Positions 1 through 7,039 of a stretch of DNA of 12,240 nt are shown here, piece by piece. The DNA is taken from positions 1-12,240 of the forward strand of contig CBFHKU010000021.1 in assembly GCA_965656495.1 (NCBI GenBank), written 5' to 3'. How positions within the stretch are numbered: position 1 is the stretch's first letter; every line of letters begins with the position of its first letter. A program made the translations under genes and the position numbers. This DNA comes from Coraliomargaritaceae bacterium (GTDB taxonomy: Bacteria; Verrucomicrobiota; Verrucomicrobiia; Opitutales; Coraliomargaritaceae). The notes beneath the pieces are model-generated. The model saw only the letters and a program-made list of their open reading frames with translations, did no database searches and had not been told where the DNA came from.

Positions 1-301
1 AGACGTCGAGGCGGAGGCATTCCAGGACGTGCATCCCGGCGTGCGCCATGTAGTAGGCGTTGAGGAAGGTTCCGAGGGCGCGGAAGGCAAAGACGCTCGG
101 GATAATGGCAAGGGTCGCTAGAAGGGCGAGGCCGGCAGGGGCATCTTCACCGGAGACCGTTGGAACGATGTATTCGATGACGAGGGGGAGGCCGGCGCCC
201 GAAGCGGCGGCGGCGAGGATGCCCGCAACGAGTCCAACCGCGAACTGCAGACGCACGGTCTTGAGGTGGGCGAAGTACGGACTGAAGCGTTTGAGAAGCA
301 T
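1..301 (-). CDS. msbA: MsbA-like ABC exporter (lipid A flippase type), N-terminal transmembrane part; runs off the left edge
   Basis: Not in the ORF track. Manual translation from the CAT at 299-301 is open to the edge: [100 protein letters not shown]. The elbow helix, TM1/TM2 and '[13 protein letters not shown]...V...LR.DV' pattern fit MsbA-type exporters, and the LPS context agrees. Only 100 codons are visible. Confidence 0.75.
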   Translation of the reverse strand, partial: MLLKRFSPYFAHLKTVRLQFAVGLVAGILAAAASGAGLPLVIEYIVPTVSGEDAPAGLALLATLAIIPSVFAFRALGTFLNAYYMAHAGMHVLECLRLDV

Positions 302-323
302 GGGATTTTGAGACGGTGGATTT

Positions 324-716
324 CTAGCCCAGGGTTATTTGAACCGGATATTCACTTATTACGGAGTCAACTGTGGCGATTTCCCAGCCATTGACAAGCG
401 CGGTGGCGATGAGGAGACGGTCAAAGGGATCGCGGTGAATTTGCGGCAATTTTCCCAACATGTAGATGGCTTTGTTCTGGATTTCCTGAAAATGAAAGCC
501 GGAATCCTCAATGAGTCGATCCATGAAGGCAAGGGGTGGTGCGGGCAAAGTTAGCTTTTTAAGGTCGTATTTGATTTGTATTTCCCAGACGGAGACTTGA
601 CTCAAGTGCCAGCTAACGGCGGGATCTTCCAAGAGTTGAACCATGCCCGCAGGAAGCTTCGCGGGTTCGAATTGACTCCACAAAAAGAGGTGGGTGTCGA
701 TCAACAGATGCCTCAT
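324..716 (-). CDS. vapC: VapC-family PIN-domain toxin (TA module 1), 130 aa
   Basis: [10 protein letters not shown]...[11 protein letters not shown]...[13 protein letters not shown]...ATVD carries the conserved PIN acidic residues. ATGA 4-nt overlap with the upstream antitoxin (713-716). Confidence 0.95.
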   Translation of the reverse strand: MRHLLIDTHLFLWSQFEPAKLPAGMVQLLEDPAVSWHLSQVSVWEIQIKYDLKKLTLPAPPLAFMDRLIEDSGFHFQEIQNKAIYMLGKLPQIHRDPFDRLLIATALVNGWEIATVDSVISEYPVQITLG

Positions 717-952
717 TTGCCGTAAAAATCGCGTTCGAATTCCGGGATGGGAGCGTCAAAATCTGCCGGAATCGCGGCTTGCCCGTCCATGAGGCCAATC
801 TTCGGGCAGACCCCCGCCTCGCTTTGGGGTGCCGGACCAATGACCGCGACGGGTTTATTGCGCTCGGAGATGATGAATTGCTGACCCTTGGCAGCCTCGC
901 GGGCATAGCGACCCAAATGCGCCTTGGCTTCGCTTAGTTTAATAGTAGTCAT
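713..952 (-). CDS. vapB: Phd/YefM-family antitoxin (TA module 1), 79 aa
   Basis: MTTIKLSEAKAHLGRYAREAAKGQQFIISERNKPVAVIGP is a typical Phd/YefM N-terminal domain. Acidic tail IPADFDAPIPEFERDF. Coupled to the PIN gene. Confidence 0.93.
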   Translation of the reverse strand: MTTIKLSEAKAHLGRYAREAAKGQQFIISERNKPVAVIGPAPQSEAGVCPKIGLMDGQAAIPADFDAPIPEFERDFYGK

Positions 953-986
953 ATAACAATACTATAACCAGTCTATTACCTGTCAA
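953..986 (-). promoter_or_regulatory. Putative sigma70 promoter of TA module 1, leaderless geometry
   Basis: Minus strand: TTGACA (986-981), 16 nt, TAGTAT (964-959), 6 nt, ATG (952). No Shine-Dalgarno sequence. Confidence 0.7.
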
Positions 987-1005
987 GTCGGGTTGGGTGA
1001 GCGAT

Positions 1006-2166
1006 TCAAGGCTTAAATTGGGTGATGACCTCGACGACGCGGCGGATCATTTCCGGGGTTAAGTCGGGATAAATGGGGAGTGCGAGGCTCATGGCGGCGG
1101 CGCGTTCGGCGTGGGGGAAGTCTCCGGCGTGGTAGCCCAGGTTTTGGAAGCATTCCTGTTGATGGAGGGCGAGGGGGTAGTAGATTTCGCAGCCGACGCT
1201 GTGATCCTTCATGTGCGTCATGAGGGCTTCGCGGTTTTCGGTGTAGATGACGAATTGGTTGTAGATGTGGAAATTGCCCGCTTGTTCGGTGGGTGGAAGG
1301 ATGCCGCCGCGCAGGTCGTTGTTTTCGAGGTCATCGATGGTGCGGGTGAGTCCGGCGGCTTGAAAGGCTTCGCGGTAGAGGGCGGCGTTTTGGCGGCGTT
1401 GTTCGTGCCAGGCGTCGAGGTGTTGTAATTTGACGTTGAGAACTGCGGCCTGCAGGGCGTCGAGGCGGAAGTTGCCGCCGACATGCGCATGGAAGTATTT
1501 GGGTTCCATGCCGTGGTTGCGGAGCTGGCGGGCGCGGTCGGCGTGCGCTCCATGGGGCGTGACGACCATCCCGCCGTCGCCAAAGCCGCCGAGGTTTTTG
1601 GTGGGGAAGAAGGAGAGGCAACCGAGGTCGCCGAAGGAGCAGGCGGGTTGTCCGTTTTGTTTTGCGCCGATGGCTTGGGCGGCGTCTTCGATGACGATGA
1701 GGTTGTGGGCTTTTGCAAGCTCCATGAGCGGACCCATCTCCGCCATTTGACCGAAAAGGTGGACGGGTGCAATGACGCGGGTTTTGGGGGTGATGGCGGC
1801 TTCGATTTTTGAAACGTCGATATTGAAGCTTTGCGGATCGATATCGACAAAGACGGGTTTTGCTCCGAGCCGGACGATCGAGCCGACCGTGCCGAAAAAA
1901 GTGTAGGGGCTGGTGATGACTTCATCGCCTGGTTGAATCCCGAGAGCCATCATGGCGACGATGAGGGCGTCGGTTCCGGAGGAGACCCCAATGCCGTGTT
2001 CGACCCCGCAATAGGCGGCGACTCCGGCTTCAAAGCAGGCGACTTCCGGGCCGAGGATGAAATACTGGGACTCGGCGACGCGGGCAAGGGCGGCGTCGAG
2101 TTCAGGCTTGAGGGCCTGATATTGCGGCTTGAGGTCGAGAAGCGGGACTGTGATGGGCTCGGACAT
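1006..2166 (-). CDS. DegT/DnrJ/EryC1/StrS-family PLP-dependent nucleotide-sugar aminotransferase, 386 aa
   Basis: [57 protein letters not shown] (PLP lysine), [20 protein letters not shown]. Start moved from 2247 to ATG 2166 ([12 protein letters not shown]) because the extra 27 codons are AT-rich promoter sequence. Confidence 0.96.
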   Translation of the reverse strand: MSEPITVPLLDLKPQYQALKPELDAALARVAESQYFILGPEVACFEAGVAAYCGVEHGIGVSSGTDALIVAMMALGIQPGDEVITSPYTFFGTVGSIVRLGAKPVFVDIDPQSFNIDVSKIEAAITPKTRVIAPVHLFGQMAEMGPLMELAKAHNLIVIEDAAQAIGAKQNGQPACSFGDLGCLSFFPTKNLGGFGDGGMVVTPHGAHADRARQLRNHGMEPKYFHAHVGGNFRLDALQAAVLNVKLQHLDAWHEQRRQNAALYREAFQAAGLTRTIDDLENNDLRGGILPPTEQAGNFHIYNQFVIYTENREALMTHMKDHSVGCEIYYPLALHQQECFQNLGYHAGDFPHAERAAAMSLALPIYPDLTPEMIRRVVEVITQFKP

Positions 2167-2231
2167 GGTCGGTATATTGCGGAAAGTCTTATTTCTTTGA
2201 AGACTAAAGTCATTGTATGAAAAAAGAGTTC

Positions 2232-2268
2232 TTGAATTATTAGTCAAATATGACCATAATTATGGCTA
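2232..2268 (+). promoter_or_regulatory. Putative sigma70 promoter and operator of TA module 2, leaderless geometry
   Basis: TTGAAT (2232-2237), 17 nt, CATAAT (2255-2260), 7 nt, ATG (2268). The perfect palindrome CCATAATTATGG (2254-2265) and the imperfect inverted repeat TAGTCA-N4-TGACCA (2241-2256) overlap the spacer and -10. Confidence 0.7.
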
Positions 2269-2504
2269 TGAAAAATATGTCGATAGCGGAACTGAAAGCG
2301 CAGGCACCGCACTTCGTGCGGCGGGTGGAATCGGGCGAGAGTTATGTGGTGACACGGCACAACAAGCCGGTTGCGAAGATGGTGCCTCTGGATACAAGTT
2401 GCAATCGGACGCGTCCTAGTTTTGACGAAGCAGTAAGGATTTGCGGTGATTTGACGCAACCGGTTCTGGACGCATCGGAGTGGGGGGATTTGTCGCTGGC
2501 ATGA
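2268..2504 (+). CDS. vapB: Phd/YefM-family antitoxin (TA module 2), 78 aa
   Basis: MKNMSIAELKAQAPHFVRRVESGESYVVTRHNKPVAKMVP is a Phd/YefM domain. Tail GDLTQPVLDASEW. Start set at 2268, downstream of the -10 box; the track start at 2250 lies inside the promoter. Confidence 0.92.
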   Translation: MKNMSIAELKAQAPHFVRRVESGESYVVTRHNKPVAKMVPLDTSCNRTRPSFDEAVRICGDLTQPVLDASEWGDLSLA

Positions 2505-2893
2505 ATTATCTTTTAGACACCTGCGCAGTGCTTTGGCTCGCTACAGAGCCGCAACGTTTGAGCATGGAGGTTTTGAAAGGGCTGGAGGATTCACTGGCGA
2601 CCGTTGGAGTTTCCGCGATTACAGCTGGAGAGCTGGCCTGCCTTGTGGCAAAAAAGCGTATCCAATTACCGTGCCATTGGCGCAGTTGGTTTCGTCATGC
2701 TATTAAAATTAATGGCTGGAAGGTATTCCCGGTTGATTTGGATGTCATCGAGGAGGCGTATTCTTTGCCGGAGACGTTTCAGTCGGATCCGGCGGATCGT
2801 TTACTAGTCGCCACAGCGCGTTTGAACCGACTCACTCTTGTCACCGGCGACCAGCACATTTTAAATTACCCTCATGTACGATCCGCAAATTAA
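2501..2893 (+). CDS. vapC: VapC-family PIN-domain toxin (TA module 2), 130 aa
   Basis: MNYLLDTCAVLW...VSAITAGEL...SDPADRLLVATA...LVTGD..ILNYPHV. ATGA overlap with the antitoxin stop (2501-2504). Confidence 0.95.
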   Translation: MNYLLDTCAVLWLATEPQRLSMEVLKGLEDSLATVGVSAITAGELACLVAKKRIQLPCHWRSWFRHAIKINGWKVFPVDLDVIEEAYSLPETFQSDPADRLLVATARLNRLTLVTGDQHILNYPHVRSAN

Positions 2894-3848
2894 CCGTTCA
2901 AGGACTGAGGCAGAGCCGCCGCTGGTAGTCTGGCGTTTGTTGGATGGCAAGGCCGGGCATGAGGCGCAGACGGCGGGCTTGGTGCAGGCCTTGGGGTGGA
3001 TGCGCGCGGTGGAATGTCACGACATTGAGGTGCCCCGGCGACGTGAGCTGTTGCGGGATTGGATTCGCGGGCGTTGCCGGTTTGGCGCGGACTTGCCGGA
3101 CCCTGAGCTTTTATTGGGGGCGGGGCATCGGACGCATGTCGCGCTTTTGGCGGCGCGTCGGGCGCGGGGCGGCAGGGCGGTGGTACTCATGCGGCCGAGC
3201 CTTCCGCAGTGTTGGTTCGATTTTTGTTTGATCCCCGAGCACGATCAGCCGCGCCGGCGGGATAACGTCATCGTGACCCAGGGGGTGCTCAATACGATTC
3301 AGCCAGCGGAGGCGGCATCGCCGGAACGAGGGCTTGTTTTGATCGGAGGCCCCTCGGAGCATTACGGTTGGGAGACGGACGCCATGATTCAGCAGGTGCG
3401 AACGGTGGTCCAAGGATCGGATGCGATTACCTGGACTTTGACGACTTCACGGCGGACGCCGCCCGAGACAGAGGCGGCTTTAGTGGATTTGGACTTGCCG
3501 AATTTGAAAGTTGAACCGGTGGCGCAGACGCCGCGTGGTTGGGTGGGGGATCGCCTCAATGAGTGCGGCCTGGTCTGGGTGAGTGAAGACAGTGTTTCGA
3601 TGGTTTACGAGGCGCTGACTGCCGGAGCGAAGGTCGGTCTGCTGGAGGTGCCGGCCAAAGGGAACGGTTCGCGGGTGGCGTGCGGAGTCGCGGAACTCGA
3701 GCAGGCAGGACGCGTCAGCCGTTTTGCGAATCCGCTGCCAGAGCTTTTAACGCAAGATCCGCAAGATTGTTTTAATGAAGCCGGACGCGCGGCGGGGGTC
3801 TTACTGGAAAGGTTTGACATGAGTGGGTCGAAGCCCGATACTGTGTGA
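2874..3848 (+). CDS. ELM1/GtrOC1-like protein ('mitochondrial fission ELM1' family), putative LPS/LOS glycosyltransferase
   Basis: WRLLDGKAGHEAQTAGL, LLGAGHRTH, LIPEHD, LIGGPS, TTSRRTP and VSEDSVSMVYEALTAG are the characteristic ELM1-family blocks. Start is uncertain and overlaps vapC by 20 nt. Confidence 0.88.
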   Translation: MYDPQINRSRTEAEPPLVVWRLLDGKAGHEAQTAGLVQALGWMRAVECHDIEVPRRRELLRDWIRGRCRFGADLPDPELLLGAGHRTHVALLAARRARGGRAVVLMRPSLPQCWFDFCLIPEHDQPRRRDNVIVTQGVLNTIQPAEAASPERGLVLIGGPSEHYGWETDAMIQQVRTVVQGSDAITWTLTTSRRTPPETEAALVDLDLPNLKVEPVAQTPRGWVGDRLNECGLVWVSEDSVSMVYEALTAGAKVGLLEVPAKGNGSRVACGVAELEQAGRVSRFANPLPELLTQDPQDCFNEAGRAAGVLLERFDMSGSKPDTV

Positions 3849-3892
3849 ATGAAAAATATCACAGTTTCTGTGGATGAAGCGGTGTATCACAG
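3814..3892 (+). promoter_or_regulatory. Putative sigma70 promoter and operator array of TA module 3, inside the 3' end of the ELM1-like gene
   Basis: TTGACA (3814-3819), 17 nt, GATACT (3837-3842), 6 nt, ATG (3849). Alternating half-sites CTGTG 3841-3845, CACAG 3860-3864, CTGTG 3868-3872, CACAG 3888-3892. Confidence 0.65.
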
Positions 3893-4097
3893 GGCACGGG
3901 TTCATGCTGCGGAGGAAAAGACCTCGGTGTCTGCAATGGTGGGCAGTTATTTGAAGGAAATTGCCTCGAGGAAAACTGCTTTTGAGCGATTAAAGCAGTT
4001 GGAGGATGCGACTGTCGCGGAACTGCGCAGCCATGGATTTTCTGCGGAGGATCGGCTGAAGCGAGGAGCTATACACGAACGCGATGCGCTTCATTGA
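3849..4097 (+). CDS. vapB: Ribbon-helix-helix (CopG/DUF6364-like) antitoxin (TA module 3), 82 aa
   Basis: MKNITVSVDEAVYHRARVHAAEEKTSVSAMVGSYL has the RHH pattern. The C-terminal 'FSAEDRLKRGAIHER' is typical of these antitoxins. Overlaps the PIN gene by 14 nt. Confidence 0.88.
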   Translation: MKNITVSVDEAVYHRARVHAAEEKTSVSAMVGSYLKEIASRKTAFERLKQLEDATVAELRSHGFSAEDRLKRGAIHERDALH

Positions 4098-4491
4098 TAC
4101 CAATATTCTGCTTTACCGGGTAAGCACCGATCCTGCGGAGGAGAGGAAACGTGGGATTGCAAGTGATTTGCTCGAGGCAACAGATTTACGGCTCTCGGTG
4201 CAGGTCTTGCAGGAATTTTATGTACAGGCGACACGCCCGACACGCCCGAAACCGCTTCCGCATAAATCGGTGATTCGTTTGATTCAGAGTTGGCAGCGCT
4301 ATCCGATTGTGCCGCTTACCGTTGAGTTGATGGAAAAAGCATTTGAAACTCATGAACGTTGGCAAATTTCTTACTGGGATGCGGCAATCGTGGAAGCCGC
4401 CCGCGCCAGTGAATGCGAACAGCTCCTAACTGAAGACTTGCAAGACGGTCAGAATTACGGAGGGGTACAGGTGGTGAATCCTTTTTTGTGA
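4084..4491 (+). CDS. vapC: VapC-family PIN-domain toxin (TA module 3; different subfamily from modules 1 and 2), 135 aa
   Basis: FIDTNILLY...SVQVLQEFY...ISYWDAAIVEAA...LLTEDLQDGQ...VVNPF, with the acidic tetrad present. Confidence 0.95.
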   Translation: MRFIDTNILLYRVSTDPAEERKRGIASDLLEATDLRLSVQVLQEFYVQATRPTRPKPLPHKSVIRLIQSWQRYPIVPLTVELMEKAFETHERWQISYWDAAIVEAARASECEQLLTEDLQDGQNYGGVQVVNPFL

Positions 4492-4492
4492 C

Positions 4493-5413
4493 ATGATCCG
4501 AAATTTATCGAACCAACGCCGTTATCGAGGCTTCTCGAAATACCTGCAATACCTGCTGGCGCGGGGCTTGATCTCGGTACTGCAATGGACGCCCTTGCCG
4601 CTGGTTTTTGGATTTGGTCGGGTCGCGGGCTGGTTGTGCTGGAAGGTGATGGGACGACGTCGGGCGGTGGTGCGTGCCAACCTCGAGGTCGTGAATGCTG
4701 CGAGCGAGGCCGGGCTCGACGGTGGGGTGCTGCTCGAGCGACAAGTTCGGGAGTTATTTGTACGTAACGGGGCGAATTTGATGAGTAGCTTCCGGCTCTC
4801 GCGCATGCCAATTGAGCGGCAGGCAAGGCATGTTAAAATTGAAGGCATGGAGCTTGTGAAACGCACTTTGGCAGAAGGAAAGGGTGCGATTTTCCTGCTC
4901 GCGCACATGGGGCCATGGGAATACCTCAGTGCAATCGGGCCGATCTTCGAAGCAGGCGGCGTGAAGGTTCGCATGGGTGGATTCTATCGGCCTTTGAATA
5001 ATGACTATCTGGAGGATTGGTATCGCGCCCAACGCCAACGACTCGGAACCCGGATGCTGAGCCGCCGCGAAGGTTTTCATAAACCGGTGGATCACCTGCG
5101 CTCCGGTGGAATACTCGGGATATTCGGCGATCAAAAAATGCGGGAAGGAGTGGAGGCACCGTTCTTTGGGCGCAGGGTAAAAACGAGTCCCCTGCCGGCG
5201 ATCTTCCACCGGCGTACCGGCGCGGCGGTCATCGGTGTGAGCTTTTGCCAGGTGGGCGCGTGTCAATGGGTTTTGAGCCTCAAGCCCTGTATCGATGCCA
5301 GTGAACACCGCGAACAGTCCCGGGAATTCATCACCGAGATCTGTAATCAAGCTGCGGAGGCCTCGCTGCGGAAGAGCCTGCTGGACGGGTTCTGGCTAAC
5401 GCCCCGGTTTTGA
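4493..5413 (+). CDS. lpxL: LpxL/HtrB-family lipid A late acyltransferase, 306 aa
   Basis: N-terminal membrane anchor, RRRAVVRANL, KGAIFLLAHMGPWE (catalytic Hx4E), YRPLNN, GDQ, APFFG, terminal FW...RF. Acyl chain specificity cannot be assigned. Confidence 0.88.
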   Translation: MIRNLSNQRRYRGFSKYLQYLLARGLISVLQWTPLPLVFGFGRVAGWLCWKVMGRRRAVVRANLEVVNAASEAGLDGGVLLERQVRELFVRNGANLMSSFRLSRMPIERQARHVKIEGMELVKRTLAEGKGAIFLLAHMGPWEYLSAIGPIFEAGGVKVRMGGFYRPLNNDYLEDWYRAQRQRLGTRMLSRREGFHKPVDHLRSGGILGIFGDQKMREGVEAPFFGRRVKTSPLPAIFHRRTGAAVIGVSFCQVGACQWVLSLKPCIDASEHREQSREFITEICNQAAEASLRKSLLDGFWLTPRF

Positions 5414-5672
5414 GGTATTGCTGTAAGAAAGTTTTATCGATAAACTAGGTGTCTTGATTTAACTTTTTCAATAAACATCACTATAAAAACTTCTCTTGAG
5501 TCTGGCGGATTACTGTTAGATTTTTTATAATCTACGCCTTTTAAGTATTGATTGATAAAAATAAGGCGTTGGAAATTTCACGCTACACAGCTGTAAATTA
5601 AAAATTTTAAATTTACCATTAGTCAACTCAATTGGCGATGAAATGCCCTGTTGAAATGGGCTTTAAGAGCGC

Positions 5673-5707
5673 ATACACTTTAATCAAAGTTCTATACACT
5701 TTGATTA
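5673..5707. repeat. Nested inverted and direct repeat in the convergent intergenic region (possible protein-binding site or terminator-like hairpin)
   Basis: Perfect 10-bp inverted repeat TAATCAAAGT (5681-5690), 7 nt, ACTTTGATTA (5698-5707). Direct repeat ATACACTTT at 5673 and 5694. Confidence 0.5.
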
Positions 5708-5769
5708 TAAACAACTGCTCTAATATCCATCCTTACGTATTAAATAATTTGTGAACGTTTATTCTATAA

Positions 5770-6660
5770 TTAAAGCGGCAATGATCTATAGTTTTCTACA
5801 AAAGCTACATTATGGAAGTTAGTTTCGATTGAGTGCTCGTAAACAGACTTATTTTTATGATAAGATCCTGGATATAAGTATACTTGATCGTTACCTTGGA
5901 TAGCACCCGCAATTGCAACATGCAATCGGTCAGTATAAATCACTCTGGGTTTTGAAAGCGTTGCTAAGAAACCCTTTGCTACTGTAACCATTTGGGCATC
6001 TGTTTTTTGTTTCATAATTAGTTCATTTGAAATATCAAGATTCTCCGCCGGCGTGGGCCTATCTTTCGATTTCTCGCTGTCGTTTCTGAAAAAAAATTTC
6101 CCGCCGGAGTTAACATAATTCATGCTTCGCTTGCGTTTCTGAGTCCAACGCCAGATTCTGTCTATACTATGGCATGGGAATAAGCGCGGAAAATGAGCCA
6201 CGATGTCGTTGTTTCTCAAGACAAAAGCTAAATCGTTTGACAGATGGACTTCGGCGCCCCCGGTTGCATATGTTTTGCAATGTGCGTAGCTATTTTTCTC
6301 ACGGCAATATATTTTGTAGCGCTTATCTAAATTTTGCAGTAATTCCTCATTATTTGAGATAGTATGAGGTAGGAGTATAAACGCTTCTAAACTGCTGTCG
6401 TATTTACGGATAAGATCCGAGCAAGTGGTGTAGTATTTTACAAAATTACCTCCGCCGCTATAGACGATACGTTTATTTTTTCTATAGTTTTTTTCGGTAA
6501 ATGGTAGCCATTCAATATTGTTTTGTTGGAAGAGGGTTTTCATTCCAAAGTAAATAAGGTTATCACCTGCGTTTCCGGGATTAGCGTAATACAAAAATGG
6601 AGCGTTGGCCTTCAAGGTGGCAATCAAATCGTTCCAGCAAAATCCTTTAGAATTTTTCAT
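5770..6660 (-). CDS. Polysaccharide pyruvyl transferase family protein, 296 aa
   Basis: YANPGNAGDNLI, YSGGGNF, LPHTI, CREKNSY, NDLAF, FFRND.EK, TDRLHVAIAG, GSYHKN motifs. Confidence 0.9.
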   Translation of the reverse strand: MKNSKGFCWNDLIATLKANAPFLYYANPGNAGDNLIYFGMKTLFQQNNIEWLPFTEKNYRKNKRIVYSGGGNFVKYYTTCSDLIRKYDSSLEAFILLPHTISNNEELLQNLDKRYKIYCREKNSYAHCKTYATGGAEVHLSNDLAFVLRNNDIVAHFPRLFPCHSIDRIWRWTQKRKRSMNYVNSGGKFFFRNDSEKSKDRPTPAENLDISNELIMKQKTDAQMVTVAKGFLATLSKPRVIYTDRLHVAIAGAIQGNDQVYLYPGSYHKNKSVYEHSIETNFHNVAFVENYRSLPL

Positions 6661-7039
6661 CGTTAAATTGAGACAGCTTAATGTGACACTTATTGAGTTT
6701 GGATTTAAAATCGCTAAGTTGGGTCAGGAATTGGTTCGTTAGTATATTTCAAATTTAGGAAAGTAAACTGTGTTTCATAATGAAGACAAAATACTTTTTG
6801 CTCTTAAAGTAAAACCATATCGCATCAATTTCTTGTGCGTATGAAAGAGTTTACTGTAAAAGAGTCAAAATAGGCACTCATGGGACATAAAACCATATGG
6901 GGTCGCCCATGTTTGAAGGCTCCTTCCTTTTCACCCAAGTGCTGCTCTTTCTGTTGGTACTTTGGATGAAGTAAAGAGGAGCAGGTCGGCGTTCGTTGAT
7001 TCTTTACAAGTGCGGTTAAACAGGTTTACTTGCGCACAT

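Noticed and set aside
60..311. 83-aa plus-strand ORF
   Set aside because: Antisense shadow of the MsbA-like gene, which has a convincing transmembrane pattern on the minus strand.
1111..2220. Multiple overlapping ORFs over degT (for example 1218-1925, 235 aa, S/P/T-rich)
   Set aside because: Alternate-frame or antisense products of GC3-biased codons with no family motifs.
2886..2945. TA modules as integron cassettes (TAAC directly after the vapC2 stop)
   Set aside because: AATTAAC does not match RYYYAAC, there is no paired GTTRRRY or attC stem, no integrase is present, and the other two modules lack such sites.
4229..4249. 9-nt tandem repeat CGACACGCC x2 in vapC3
   Set aside because: In frame (TRPTRP), only two copies in a probable loop, so it is unlikely to be a contingency locus.
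4455..5350. Minus-strand ORFs of 123-198 aa opposite lpxL
   Set aside because: Shadow ORFs of a GC-rich gene, with no recognisable domains or start signals.
5665..5695. dif/pdif-like site (GAGCGCATAC resembles an XerC arm)
   Set aside because: There is no XerD arm (TTATGTTAAAT-like) at 6-nt spacing.
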